Of a stretch of DNA of 20,000 nucleotides, positions 1-11,370 are shown in pieces. Every line of letters begins with the position of its first letter. The first letter of the stretch is position 1. Below the pieces are notes generated by a model, which was not told where the DNA came from, searched no databases, and saw only the letters and a program-made list of their open reading frames with translations. The stretch is from Emiliania huxleyi CCMP1516 (taxonomy: Eukaryota): contig NW_005202368.1 of the NCBI RefSeq assembly GCF_000372725.1, positions 269,040 through 289,039 of the forward strand, written 5' to 3'. The position numbers and the translations under genes are program-made.

Positions 1-705
1 CTCGCGCTGCACGACAGTGTACGCGGCACGGTCGGGATGCGACGCGAGCCGGCGACCGTACCGCGGCGCAAAGGGGAAGCAGCTGCCGCGGTGGCAGCCG
101 CTGGGCCCGTGTCGCAGGAGTAGGCGCATGTGCTGTCTGCTCGGCCAACCGAGGTTGGTGGGCAAGTCCCACAGGCCGTGGCGCCGCCCTAGCGACCGCA
201 TCGCAACCTCGTGCGCCACCGACGCGACGATGGAGGCAGCGGCGACGCACGCCTCGGACTGGTCGCAGCGAACGTGCGCCTCGCCGCGCAGGCCCGCAGG
301 CACCGCCTCGCCGTCCACCAGGTAGTAGAAGCACGAGCGACATGCTTTCCGCTCCAGCCTCGCCGCCGCCAGCCGCATCGCCGCGTGAGCGGCGGCTTGC
401 GGTCCGAGCGAGTCGACGGCTCTGTGGTCGACTGCGGCGCACGACCACAGCACACGTGGCGCGGCGCGCAACCGCTCGTACGCGTCGAGCCGGGCGGCGC
501 GGGAGAGCAACTTGCAGTCGCCAGCCGGAAGCCAGGCGGCCGCGTCGTCGCTCTCTGGGAGACGGACGGCGGCGGCAACAACGGGCCCAGCTATGGCTCC
601 AACGCCACACTCGTCGAGCCCGGCGACGTGGGGGTGGGTACGCCGTAGGTGCCGCTCTGTCGTGCGAGACAGGAGGCCGTGGCAGGCCGCAGCGATCCTG
701 AGCAT
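1..705 (-). CDS. rnhB: Ribonuclease HII-like protein (bacterial rnhB type), divergent; 3' end lies outside the window
   Basis: Manual translation from ATG 705 is open to position 1 (235 aa): [50 protein letters not shown]...[11 protein letters not shown]...YLVDGEAVP...[25 protein letters not shown]...[10 protein letters not shown]...[12 protein letters not shown]. This is colinear with the RNase HII pattern [20 protein letters not shown] / DSKKLS / LIDG / KGD / IAAASILAK / KGY..H / GP...HRRSF. The Arg-rich N-terminus may be an organellar transit peptide. Confidence 0.9.
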   Translation of the reverse strand, partial: [235 protein letters not shown]

Positions 706-2249
706 CGACGCGCGATGCTGGAGCCTTCCTTCGACCCAGCGTTCGGACAAAAAGAATTCAAACTTTTACCCGACGCGCCGTCCCACTCTCGCGCTGCTCG
801 CTCGCCAGTGCGGAGGGCATGGCCGCGGAGGAGGCGAGTACGCGCTTGCCAGGCCTTCCGCAGACAGCCTCTTGGGCAGACTGAGGGTCGGCTTTGCGTG
901 GCGTGGCCCGTGCGCTGCGCTGCGCAAAGCTGCGGGTGCTGAGGGAGCATCCTGTGCTTCCTTTGGGAAGTGCGCACCTCCTGCAGCTGGTGGAAGGCCG
1001 TGCCGCCGCTCGCCTGCTCCGTGGACAGGGCGGGGAGGCGGCGCCGCAGCGCCGCAGCGTCCGCTGCACGCCGGTGCAGCTCTCTGCTGCCTGGTGAGCA
1101 GCCTGCTGGAGCTGTGCGCGGTGTTTGTGAGGCGGCTCTGGCGCTGTGGTGCCGGCCGCGGCGAGTGGCGCGCGGCACGCGCGGCGCCGCGCGTGGCCCG
1201 GACGGCGCCAGAGAGCGCGCTCGATGAGCCAGCCGGCGCGGCGCTAGCGCCGTGCAAGCTGGCACATCGTCTGCATGCTGCCGTCGTTCTCTGGTTGACG
1301 GCGGTCAATCTCGTGGTTGTCAATCAAAACCGGCGGGCTTTGTGACGCCGTTTACGCAATGGATTTGCGTTCGTTTTTTCTTTTGGTTTGTTTTTTCTTT
1401 TTATTTTTCTTTTGAGAGCGCCTTCGTTGTTAATAGTACAAACCCAATGGTCCTCTGCGAGCGGTCCTTCGTTGCAGTCGCACACACGCACACGCCGCGC
1501 CGCACCGCGCGCCCGCCCACCGCCCCGCCCAGGCGGGAAAGAGATGAGGAGATGGGACAGCGAAGGGGGAAGCACAAGCACGTATGGGAGGGTTCAGTAA
1601 TGCGCCACGCTGCCCGGCGTCTCTCACTTTCCGGGACAGCCCCGCCCTTGTGAGGCAGGAAAGTGACGGCTACCCCGTACGCCCTGCAGCCTGCTACCCC
1701 GACGCCGACCGCCCATTCTCCCCTCCTCGTTCCCCCCTCGAATGCTCCGGACCCCGACAAGCCGCCCGACGTTGGGCCTCTGCCCCGCACGCTCCCGCCC
1801 CTCTGCCCCTCACACACACCCAGGCCCGACATGCACATACAAGACAAACCCGGCGTCCTGCTCTCAAAAGAAAAGAAAAAAATGGGAAGGAGGAGACCAG
1901 CGGGGGAGACTCCCCGCCTATGCAACACCCCAGAGAGGGGCTGCCATCGCCGAAGCTGTGCCTAAGCATAACTCCCAAACCCGCAGCGGCCCGGGGGGCC
2001 TTGGGGGCAGCCTGCCGGACCGCTGTTGCACGGGGCCAAGCACCGGAAGATGAGTGGAATTGATGGATTGGGCTGTTGTCCGTGCCTCCCCTCTATACGT
2101 CAGAGTGAGACCTACGCCGCGCCGGGTAAGGAGCGCGCCCGGTCCTCGACGGAGCCGCGCGCCCCAAACGACCCAGGCGGCGAGTAGTCGTCCTCGAACC
2201 TTCGACTCGTAGTCGCCCGTGGTCAGCGCCCCTCCTCCCTCGCCCGTCC

Positions 2250-2960
2250 CTATTCATACTGCTCCCGAGGCGCCCGCGGCATCTCGCCGCCCATCTTCGG
2301 CCACGCGTTGTAGTCGAAGATGGCGGCGTTGCGCCTCGCGACGATGGCCGAGTGCACTTGCAGGAAGCGTTTGCGCTCGCTACTGACCCGCCATCGTTCG
2401 CTGTCGGAGGACGCCTTAGCGGCCTTGATGTCGAAGTTGGTGTTGAACCACGTCGCCGCCTCGTGCCCGATGCCGCCACGCGTGCTCGCCGCCCATGTCA
2501 TAAAGTCGCAGTTTTTGGCGTCGCACGCCGCTGCCTTGGCCTTCCGCTTCGTCGCCTCGGCGTAGTCGGTGGCTAGGCGCTTGCCGCTCGCCAGCGGGCG
2601 CAGCTTGTCATGGTGCACCGCGGTGACGCACGTGCCGTCGTACACCACGGCGCGCGCCGACTCTGCATAGTTGCCGAAGACGCCGTCGCCCCGCTGGTAC
2701 GGGTTGGTGTCCGGATCGTGCGCCCGCGTCGGGTCCCTGCAGCCGAGCCTCACCTCCACGACCTTTGCCGAGGCGCCGAAGGCGCGGGCGACGTTCGTGA
2801 CGTGGGTGTTGAGGGATGTGTGCCCCGTGGCCAGCCAGCCGCCGTAGTTGCACCCATCCCAGTGCGTGCCGTTGAGGTGCTCGAAGAGCGACAGCGTGCG
2901 CGGCACTCGCGCGTCGCCGATGTCGCACGGGACGCATCCCGTTAGCCTCGTGCGGTGGTA
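2250..2960 (-). mobile_element. 5'-truncated non-LTR retrotransposon fragment (CRE/SLACS-like): zinc knuckle plus restriction-like endonuclease C-terminus
   Basis: Extending the 2250..2906 ORF upstream gives CVPC...H-WDG-C (CCHC-like), followed by RGD...VVYDGTCV...AEATKRKAK...C...FMTWAASTRGGIG...ARRNA. This matches the RxD / DxT / ExxKxxKY / FxPxAxETxGG / QRxNA layout of RLE domains. No reverse transcriptase is present upstream. Confidence 0.75.
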
Positions 2961-3865
2961 GAGGGCGGCAGGGGGGGGGGCGACGGTGGGGGGGGCGGCC
3001 CGGGGGGGGGCAGAGGGGAGGAGGGCGGCGGGGGGGAGGACGAAGTGGGAGGGGGAGGCGGGGGGGAGGAGGGAGGAGGAAGGGAGGGCGGTAGAGAGGT
3101 GGGCAGTGGCGAAGGCCGCGGCGGGGGCGGGTGCGGCGGAGGGGGGGGGGGCGGGGTGGGGGGGAGGGGGAAGGGAGGGGTGGGAAGAGGTCTAAAGGAG
3201 GAAGGGGGACACAACCCGTTCGGGAATCGTGTGTCCCCCGAGTAGTTAGGCCTGCGTCCTACCCAAAGCATGAAAGAGTTTGGGACAGCTGTGCACGGCG
3301 GCTGATGGCAAGCGCCGCCTTTGACCACGCAGAGCCGCCGCCTTTGACAACGAAGCCCGCCAATGCAGTCGCTCGTCGTCGAGTTCTCGCGGCGCGTGCG
3401 CGAGCCAGCACAAAATATGAGGGCGAGTGCAGGGGCCAGCCGCGCCACGCGCGGCCACGTGCACCTCCCAAGCCAACCGCCGCCCCCGCAGCACGACGGT
3501 GAGGCGAGCCTCGCAAACGACGCCGAGGGGGCAAAGGTAGCTCTCGCCGGGTGTGCCTCAGCGGCCGCGGGCGAGCAGGGCATGTGCGCGCCACGCGCCG
3601 CCGCTCGAGCCGGATCGTACGAGTCTCCCTCCCGCGGCTCGTTGCAGGAGAGCGGGTCGATCCGATGATGCTCGGTGAAGATGCTCGGTTGGCTCTCGCC
3701 AAATGTTTGTCCGACTCGACGTACGGCCCCGGGCGTCGGGCCGTGGCGGCGACGGCAGGCGTGCTCCAGCGCCGCCTCGTGCGCACGCACGCGCAGCGGC
3801 GGCGCCTCTGCACCACCCGAGTCGCCGCCCGGCCGAGCGAGGAGCAGAGAGACGACGAGTGACAT
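2942..3865 (-). CDS. Possible hypothetical protein with a hydrophobic N-terminus; 3' structure uncertain
   Basis: The ATG follows an A-rich leader and gives MSLVVSLLLARPGG. About 120 aa look coding-like, then the frame runs into low-complexity DNA. No domain recognised. Confidence 0.25.
   Translation of the reverse strand: MSLVVSLLLARPGGDSGGAEAPPLRVRAHEAALEHACRRRHGPTPGAVRRVGQTFGESQPSIFTEHHRIDPLSCNEPREGDSYDPARAAARGAHMPCSPAAAEAHPARATFAPSASFARLASPSCCGGGGWLGRCTWPRVARLAPALALIFCAGSRTRRENSTTSDCIGGLRCQRRRLCVVKGGACHQPPCTAVPNSFMLWVGRRPNYSGDTRFPNGLCPPSSFRPLPTPPFPLPPTPPPPPPPHPPPPRPSPLPTSLPPSLPPPSSPPPPPPTSSSPPPPSSPLPPPGPPPPPSPPPLPPSTTARG
2961..3210. repeat. Low-complexity G/A-rich tract with many G-runs
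   Basis: Nearly pure purine on the + strand, with repeated G5-G10 runs. Could be low-quality sequence. Confidence 0.8.
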
Positions 3866-4299
3866 GCTGATTCGGCAATCAAGAGTTTCTTTTTTTTGCG
3901 CGGCGACGGAGGGGGGGGCGAACGGGCGCTAACTGAGGATGGACGACCCGCAACTGGCCTGGCGAGGGGGCGCGGTGTTGGGTGCGGCGGCGGGAGAGGG
4001 CCTCTAGCGTCGCGTGTGCGCGGCGACAGACTGACTGAAGAGGCCGAGGGGCTGTTGAAGGGGAGCGTAGGCATGTTGTGCTCGAGATCGTCCAGCCGCA
4101 CTTGCGCTCTGTGTGGCCACTGGAGAGGCGCGTGAGAGACTAAAAATCTAAGGCTCTATGTGTGCAATGCATCCAGAGAAAAATTCTTTTTCGAGGTCTA
4201 CCCGTCATGCGGCAGGTCGCTTGCTCTGGCTCGCTGCCGCCGCGGTCGGCGGTGGGTCACCAAGATGCAAGAACTCTCTTCTCAGCGTGCGGCGTCATC

Positions 4300-4698
4300 T
4301 AAAGGCAGTTGATAAATATTGAATATATTGCTCCAATAGTTAGAGAGGCGATCAATATCAATGTATGGCAATAGTTAGAGGAGAGGCTGGGCCTGGGCTG
4401 CCTGGTCAGGACCGTCAGGTGGGTCCATCCTGGGCTTGAAAGTGGCTCTAAATCATTCAAAACGGGCCCAAATCGCTTCAAAATTGCTTAAATCGCATAA
4501 AAATCGCTTTGAACTCGTGATTTTTTTATTTCAGCCCACATCTAGGCGATGTTTGGGACAAATGTCGACATTTGGTGCTCTTGGAGGTTAAAATCAGCGA
4601 TCAACATGTCAATATATTGTCAATAGTTAGAGGGGATGCTGTCAATAATCAATATCAATAGTTACAGGGGCGAGAATCAATCTTTATCAACTGCCTTA
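4300..4698. mobile_element. Non-autonomous hAT-like DNA transposon (~400 bp, MITE-like)
   Basis: Left terminus TAAAGGCAGTTGATAAATATTGA versus right terminus (reverse complement) TAAGGCAGTTGATAAAGATTGA. Perfect 8-bp TSD GCGTCATC at 4292-4299 and 4699-4706. Subterminal CAATAGTTA(G/C)AG repeats at 4334, 4369, 4621 and 4656. AT-rich island in GC-rich DNA. Confidence 0.9.
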
Positions 4699-4784
4699 GC
4701 GTCATCACCGCGCGACGCGCTCGCCACGCCTCACCCGGGCAAAAGGAACGATCGCGCGCCGCCGCCGCCCGCCTCGCCTTGCCT

Positions 4785-4880
4785 GCCCCTGCGCCTGCGC
4801 CTGCGCCTGCGCCTGCGCCTCGCCTCGCCTTGCAGCCGCGCACGCGCACACGCGCGCACACGCGCGCGCGCGCGCGCTCG
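4785..4880. repeat. (CCTGCG)n hexamer microsatellite followed by a CG/CA alternating tract
   Basis: ctgcgcctgcgcctgcgc... followed by cgcgcacacgcgcgcgcgcgcgc. Confidence 0.85.
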
Positions 4881-5492
4881 CGTCGGGCCGCGGCCGTCGC
4901 CCGCGTTCGCTACGGCGAAGCAACCCTCCACGCGAGTTTCGAACCGGGAGAGCCAAAAGGCAAAAGCTCCCGGCTCGAACCGCGAACGGTTCAACCACCG
5001 CCGCTGGCGGTTCTTGCAAAGGCATTCAGGGGCAGCGCCTCATATAACGTGAAATAGTGCGAGCGCGCGAGATACTCACCCGACCCACCGTGCCCTCGCG
5101 AAAGAGATCTCGTGCCGCGCGCGCTCGCACACGCCGCCCGAGAGCACTCCCACCCCCGCCGCCCTCGCAAGCTCACAGGTTGAGTTGAGGAGAAGCAGCT
5201 GAGGGAGATCAAAGCGGGAGAAGGCGGCACGGCGCGGCGGCGGCGCGGCGCCCCCCCATCCCCATCCGCCTCCGGGCGTGAGTGTCCCCCCAGCGTCTGC
5301 TTGAGAGCAGACGCTCCGGTAATCAGGCCGAGAGTACCAGGCAGTTTTATTTCGAGGTCCGAGTGGGAGGCGGCCACAGAGTCGTCCACTCGCGAGCCCT
5401 CTTCGAGATATCGAGAGGGTCCGCGGCCGAGCCAAAGGACGACCTCCGGCTGGCCGCTGCAGAGCCGCCGCCTCAACCGCTTCCGCGGCCAC

Positions 5493-6674
5493 TCAGAAAC
5501 CTGCCAGCGCATCCGCCAGCTCGGACTTCGTCTCCGAGCTATCCTCAGCCGCGGCAGTCGCCGCCGCCTTGGCTCGCCCCTGCCGGCCGCGCGCGATCGC
5601 CTGCAGCTGTATCGCTGCCGTCGCCTCCGCCTCCGCCACCAGTCGTCTCAGTCGCACCACCTTCGCTGCCACCGCCTCGGGCGCGGCGCATGCCGCCGCC
5701 GCACACGCCGGCTCCGACGCCACCCTCGCCGCCGCCACCAACTCCGCCGTACACGGTAGATTGCGGAACTCGGCAGGCGACGCCGGCTGGGGCTGCGCGT
5801 TGGAGCTCAAGGTGCGCCGCTCGTCGATGCCCTCCTCCGCCATCTGCGTCCATTGCGACGCGAGCCGGCGCCACGGCCGCTCACGGATGCATCTCTCGGC
5901 CACCCGGGCCCACACCACCACCAACGCCGCCCCAAGCATCCAGACCGCCGTGGAGTAGGCGGCGGCACCCAGCAGAACGCCAGTGGCTTCAACTGCGCCT
6001 GGCGGAGAGGGCGGCGGCGCCAGCGGCGGTGTAGACGGAGGTGGCGGGGACTGCGGTGGCGATCTGGGCGGTAGCGCTGGTGGTGGCGGCGGCAACGACG
6101 GTGGCGGTGGCGGCGGTGGCGATGGCGAGGGTGGCGGCGGGAAGGGCGACGGCGGCAGTGGTGGCGGCGGCGATGGTGGGGACTGCGGTGGCGGGCTGGG
6201 CGGTGGCGGTAGAGGTGGCGGTGGTGGCGGCGACAGTGGTGATGGCGGCGGTGGTTGCGAGGGAGGCAGCGGTGGCGGCGGCGGCGGTGATGGCGGGGGT
6301 TGGGGCGGCGGTAACGGCGGCGACGGCGGCGACGGTGGCGACGGCGGTGGCGGCCGAGGGAGGGGAGGCGCCGGCAGGTGAGTCACCTCCCCGTTGAAAG
6401 CCATTGTCTCTCCGCGAAAGACGCTCTGTCCCGGGGCGGGCTTGATGCGACATGCGTGCTCGCCCATCGGGAGGACGTGCAGTATCGGCTCCTTGTGGAG
6501 TTCACACATCTTCTCGGGCCCGACGCTGTAATCGATGGCGAGGCAATCAGGAAGATTGTCACACGCCTGCTGGCAGACTACCTCACTCACGCCCGGAAGC
6601 TCGTCCACCGACCCTCGCGCGCCGAGTTCGACTCGGCAAGCACCGCGCTTGCCTCCGAAGAGAGGCCACAGCAT
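5493..6674 (-). CDS. Membrane protein: PAN/apple-like Cys domain, Pro/Ser-rich stalk, single TM, cytosolic IQ motif (probably a terminal exon)
   Basis: 393-aa ORF. CQQACDNLPDCLAIDYS..CELH is an apple-like Cys pattern. Then ~80 aa of SPPPP repeats, the hydrophobic segment GVLLGAAAYSTAVWMLGAALVVVW, and AAIQLQAIARGRQGR (IQxxxRGxxxR-like). A pyrimidine tract plus TAG directly precedes the ATG, suggesting a splice acceptor and unresolved upstream exons. Confidence 0.8.
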   Translation of the reverse strand: MLWPLFGGKRGACRVELGARGSVDELPGVSEVVCQQACDNLPDCLAIDYSVGPEKMCELHKEPILHVLPMGEHACRIKPAPGQSVFRGETMAFNGEVTHLPAPPLPRPPPPSPPSPPSPPLPPPQPPPSPPPPPPLPPSQPPPPSPLSPPPPPPLPPPPSPPPQSPPSPPPPLPPSPFPPPPSPSPPPPPPPSLPPPPPALPPRSPPQSPPPPSTPPLAPPPSPPGAVEATGVLLGAAAYSTAVWMLGAALVVVWARVAERCIRERPWRRLASQWTQMAEEGIDERRTLSSNAQPQPASPAEFRNLPCTAELVAAARVASEPACAAAACAAPEAVAAKVVRLRRLVAEAEATAAIQLQAIARGRQGRAKAAATAAAEDSSETKSELADALAGF

Positions 6675-6820
6675 CTAGGGGAGGGGGTGCTTCCATCGAC
6701 GGTTCGGTCTTCCGCGGCGCCGTTCACGTAAACGCACAACCCCGCAGGTGTAGGTACTTCTTGCTTGGGCGGACCTCATGATGAAATTCTGCAAAAACCC
6801 TGGCCGGCCCCTGCGGTGCC

Positions 6821-6890
6821 CCTACCTACCTACCTACCTACCTACCCTACTTATGGGAATGTATGTATGTATGTATGTATGTATGTATGT
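6821..6890. repeat. Compound tetranucleotide microsatellite (CCTA)n / (GTAT)n
   Basis: cctacctacctacc... followed by gtatgtatgtat... Confidence 0.95.
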
Positions 6891-7083
6891 AGAAAGATGA
6901 ACAACAGTCGGGCTCAGACTGGACACCAACGCGGTATGGGTGGACGCGGGACAGATGATGACGACACGCACGAACGACACACAGACACAAACAAGCTCAC
7001 AAGACACACAGCCAGCTGGCTGCCACACACCCTGAGTTGGCGTACACATAACTCAAGGCCACATCCTCCCTGTCGCCCCCCCC
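6888..7083 (-). mobile_element. Possible LTR remnant with adjacent polypurine tract
   Basis: The segment 6888-7063 is bounded by TGT...ACA. On the minus strand it is immediately preceded by GGGGGGGGCGACAGGGAGGA (PPT-like). No second LTR or pol ORF seen. Confidence 0.3.
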
Positions 7084-7622
7084 AGCACTCCAAGGTGCCA
7101 AGAGAACAAACAAGGGCACAACAAACAACAGACGACAGGAAGTGACATGCGAGGCTAGAGCAGGCTTGCTCTACCTCTAGCAATCTCGCCGGCCGGCGAG
7201 GCACGGACGAGACCGTGTGTGGGGTTAGTGAGGTGTCTATGGACGCTCTCCTAACCCGAAGTCGCACTCCGCAGTTCCGTGCGGGCACCAGTGCGCGTGT
7301 GGGCCTTGCTCTGCCAAGATGGAACGCTGTCCGTACTGCCGGGGGACAGTCATCATGTGGATGGAGAACCGCTTGGTGTAGTTGGTGGGTGGCAGCAGCG
7401 ACCCTCTTGCTTGCTGCTGCTGCTGCCACTGAGCGTTCGGTTCCTCCATTAATTCTTGGGTGCCAAAATTCTTTTGTGCGTCTGTGTGTGCCAGTCCGCG
7501 CCAGTCTGCGCCCTTGTCGTGCCAGTGTGCTGTGAGACAGGCGTTGTAAGAATTCTTTTGTGCTAGAGGACGTTGCCGCGAAACCTCGACGAGGCTTTTG
7601 GTACGGAACATCGACGGAGGTC

Positions 7623-9520
<1,898 letters not shown>

Positions 9521-10179
9521 TTGTAGTGTCGCGGCCAGCTTTCTGTGAAACAATGCGAATTTCGACGCTGACCTCAGACAGGCTTGTTGCACGAGTATAT
9601 AGGCCACGATGTCTCAAATATGAGGGGTTTTGACTCCTACCGGCTCCTGACGCTATCCCTGGCAGCTCTAATGACCAGGATCAGTACTGCTATGATAGAG
9701 GGTGCCCATACTAGCGCAGGAGCTGCCACACTCGCCCGGACCGTCCCCCTCTGGGGCCGGTTCCGCAGCCCGCGAGAGCCGACAGCGGGGCCGTGCCGCG
9801 GGTGCCTACTGCCGAGTGCCACAAACACTGCGCCGTCCCGCCATCACCTACAGGCTGTCTTGTGTGATGGTTGGGATGTCCAAACGCCACCATCTTGGCT
9901 CTTGCGACCTCAAACCCGCGAGCTGTATGGGTGGTCCTGACGTCGACAGACGCCCGATGACCACGGTGAAGCTGAGCCGGAACGAGTCGACAAGTCTCGT
10001 CTGAGCCCGTGGCGGTCGCCGGCTGAGTCGCCGTGCACGGGCCGGTACCTCAGGCGTCACCTCCGCAGCCTCAGTTCTCAAACTCCACCACCTCCGCCAG
10101 GACGCCGTCGGTGGCACGTTCGGCGGCGTACTTTCTGCAGCTCCATCTCGAGTACGGCGTCGAGTCTACTCACTCCTGT

Positions 10180-10222
10180 TGGATCTGTGCACTCCCTGGG
10201 ACCCAGGGAGTGCACAGATCCA
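10180..10222. repeat. Perfect palindrome with 21-bp arms and a 1-nt spacer
   Basis: TGGATCTGTGCACTCCCTGGG-A-CCCAGGGAGTGCACAGATCCA. Confidence 0.95.
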
Positions 10223-10877
10223 GCAAGCGGTGCGTCCCGGCAGCGCGCGCAGGCTGCGGAGCTGCCACAAACTCGAGACACGCTTTTTGGGCAAGGCGTC
10301 TATTCGGTGCTCTGCACGTTAGGTGCGGCGAGAGAGTTTGCCGCAACTTCTTGATGCGGTCTTTGGTAAGAGTCTTGTTGTTTCTTTATGTTAGACGGCC
10401 CATCGGCTGAAGTTAGTGTTGCTAAAAATCTCTCTCTATGAAGTTGGCGCCGTTGCTGCGTGGTCGCGGTTATTTATGGTGGCGGTCGTGAAGGGCCGTT
10501 TGGTGCGCCCCGGCGGCCTCCTGCACGGCGGGCGGCCGCCGGGGCCGGTTTGGACTGTGTTTGGGGGGGTGGAGGGGTCCGATGGCCGGTGTTATGGTCG
10601 TCTATCACCCTCCTATCACCCACTTACCGCCCCCGGCCGTGGGGGCCTCTCCAGACGCCGCCATTATGATTTCAAAGGGTCCTGCCGACGCTCATCACAG
10701 TGCGGCGTGGACGGTGGAGGCCTGGAGCCTGCCGGAAAAAATCCGGGGTTTAGCTGGCATATTTCGGGCCCACTTTAGAGCTAGGGCATGATCTTAGGTG
10801 TTCTGGATAGCCCACAAGGGTCTTCTGTGGCATGGTAGCGGTGGTTTTGCGCGAGGCGTTCATTCAAAAATCACCAT

Positions 10878-11062
10878 CAGTCGCGCTCCCAATACGTGCA
10901 TCACTTTTGTGACAGGTCTCAGACTTTGAGCGGCCATATCTTGGTAACTATTGATGGTCCACCGGAGAACTCATCGCCATTCGAACGGGCGCCGGGCGCC
11001 CGTTCCAAATCCGAAGTCTGAGACCTGTCACAAAAGTGATGCACGTATTGGGAGCGCGACTG
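10878..11062. mobile_element. MITE, 185 bp, with perfect 49-bp TIRs and 4-bp TSD CCAT
   Basis: CAGTCGCGCTCCCAATACGTGCATCACTTTTGTGACAGGTCTCAGACTT at 10878-10926 and its exact reverse complement at 11014-11062. CCAT flanks both ends (10874-10877, 11063-11066). Internal palindrome GAACGGGCGCC-G-GGCGCCCGTTC at 10983-11005. Confidence 0.9.
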
Positions 11063-11253
11063 CCATATGCCCCCCTATCAGGGCCTGGAACTGGAAGGGG
11101 GGGCGACTCCCTCGCATCTCCACGCCCGGACACGGACAGGAGCTCCAATGCATAAAGAGCGCAAGAGCCGGCCGGGTACCGAAGTGCCGGTGGGTGAACA
11201 ACCTGTAGCTGGCTCACATCGCTTCCAGGTCCGAGGGGACGGAGAGGGCCGGA

Positions 11254-11353
11254 NNNNNNNNNNNNNNNNNNNNNNNNNNNNNNNNNNNNNNNNNNNNNNN
11301 NNNNNNNNNNNNNNNNNNNNNNNNNNNNNNNNNNNNNNNNNNNNNNNNNNNNN
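11254..11353. other. Assembly gap (100 N)
   Basis: Run of N. Confidence 1.
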
Positions 11354-11370
11354 GGGGGGGGGGGGGGGGC

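Noticed and set aside
17..701. Plus-strand ORFs listed in the track
   Set aside because: They are antisense shadows of the minus-strand RNase HII frame in GC-rich DNA.
819..1345. Possible divergent plus-strand gene (ATGGCCGCGGAGGAG|GCGAGT donor-like)
   Set aside because: No consistent spliced model or recognisable domain could be built.
4330..4670. CRISPR-like spaced repeats (CAATAGTTAGAG)
   Set aside because: The repeats are only 12 bp, irregularly spaced, lie inside a TIR/TSD-bounded element, and no cas genes are present.
7451..7563. 13-bp direct repeat AATTCTTTTGTGC (7467, 7551)
   Set aside because: No TIRs or other element structure between the copies; insufficient evidence.
9584..10791. 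Several 60-125 aa ORFs
   Set aside because: No motifs or coding-like bias; probably intergenic or degraded repeat DNA.
10930..10960. CGGCCATATC resembling a 5S rRNA 5' end
   Set aside because: The similarity does not extend, and the sequence lies inside the MITE.
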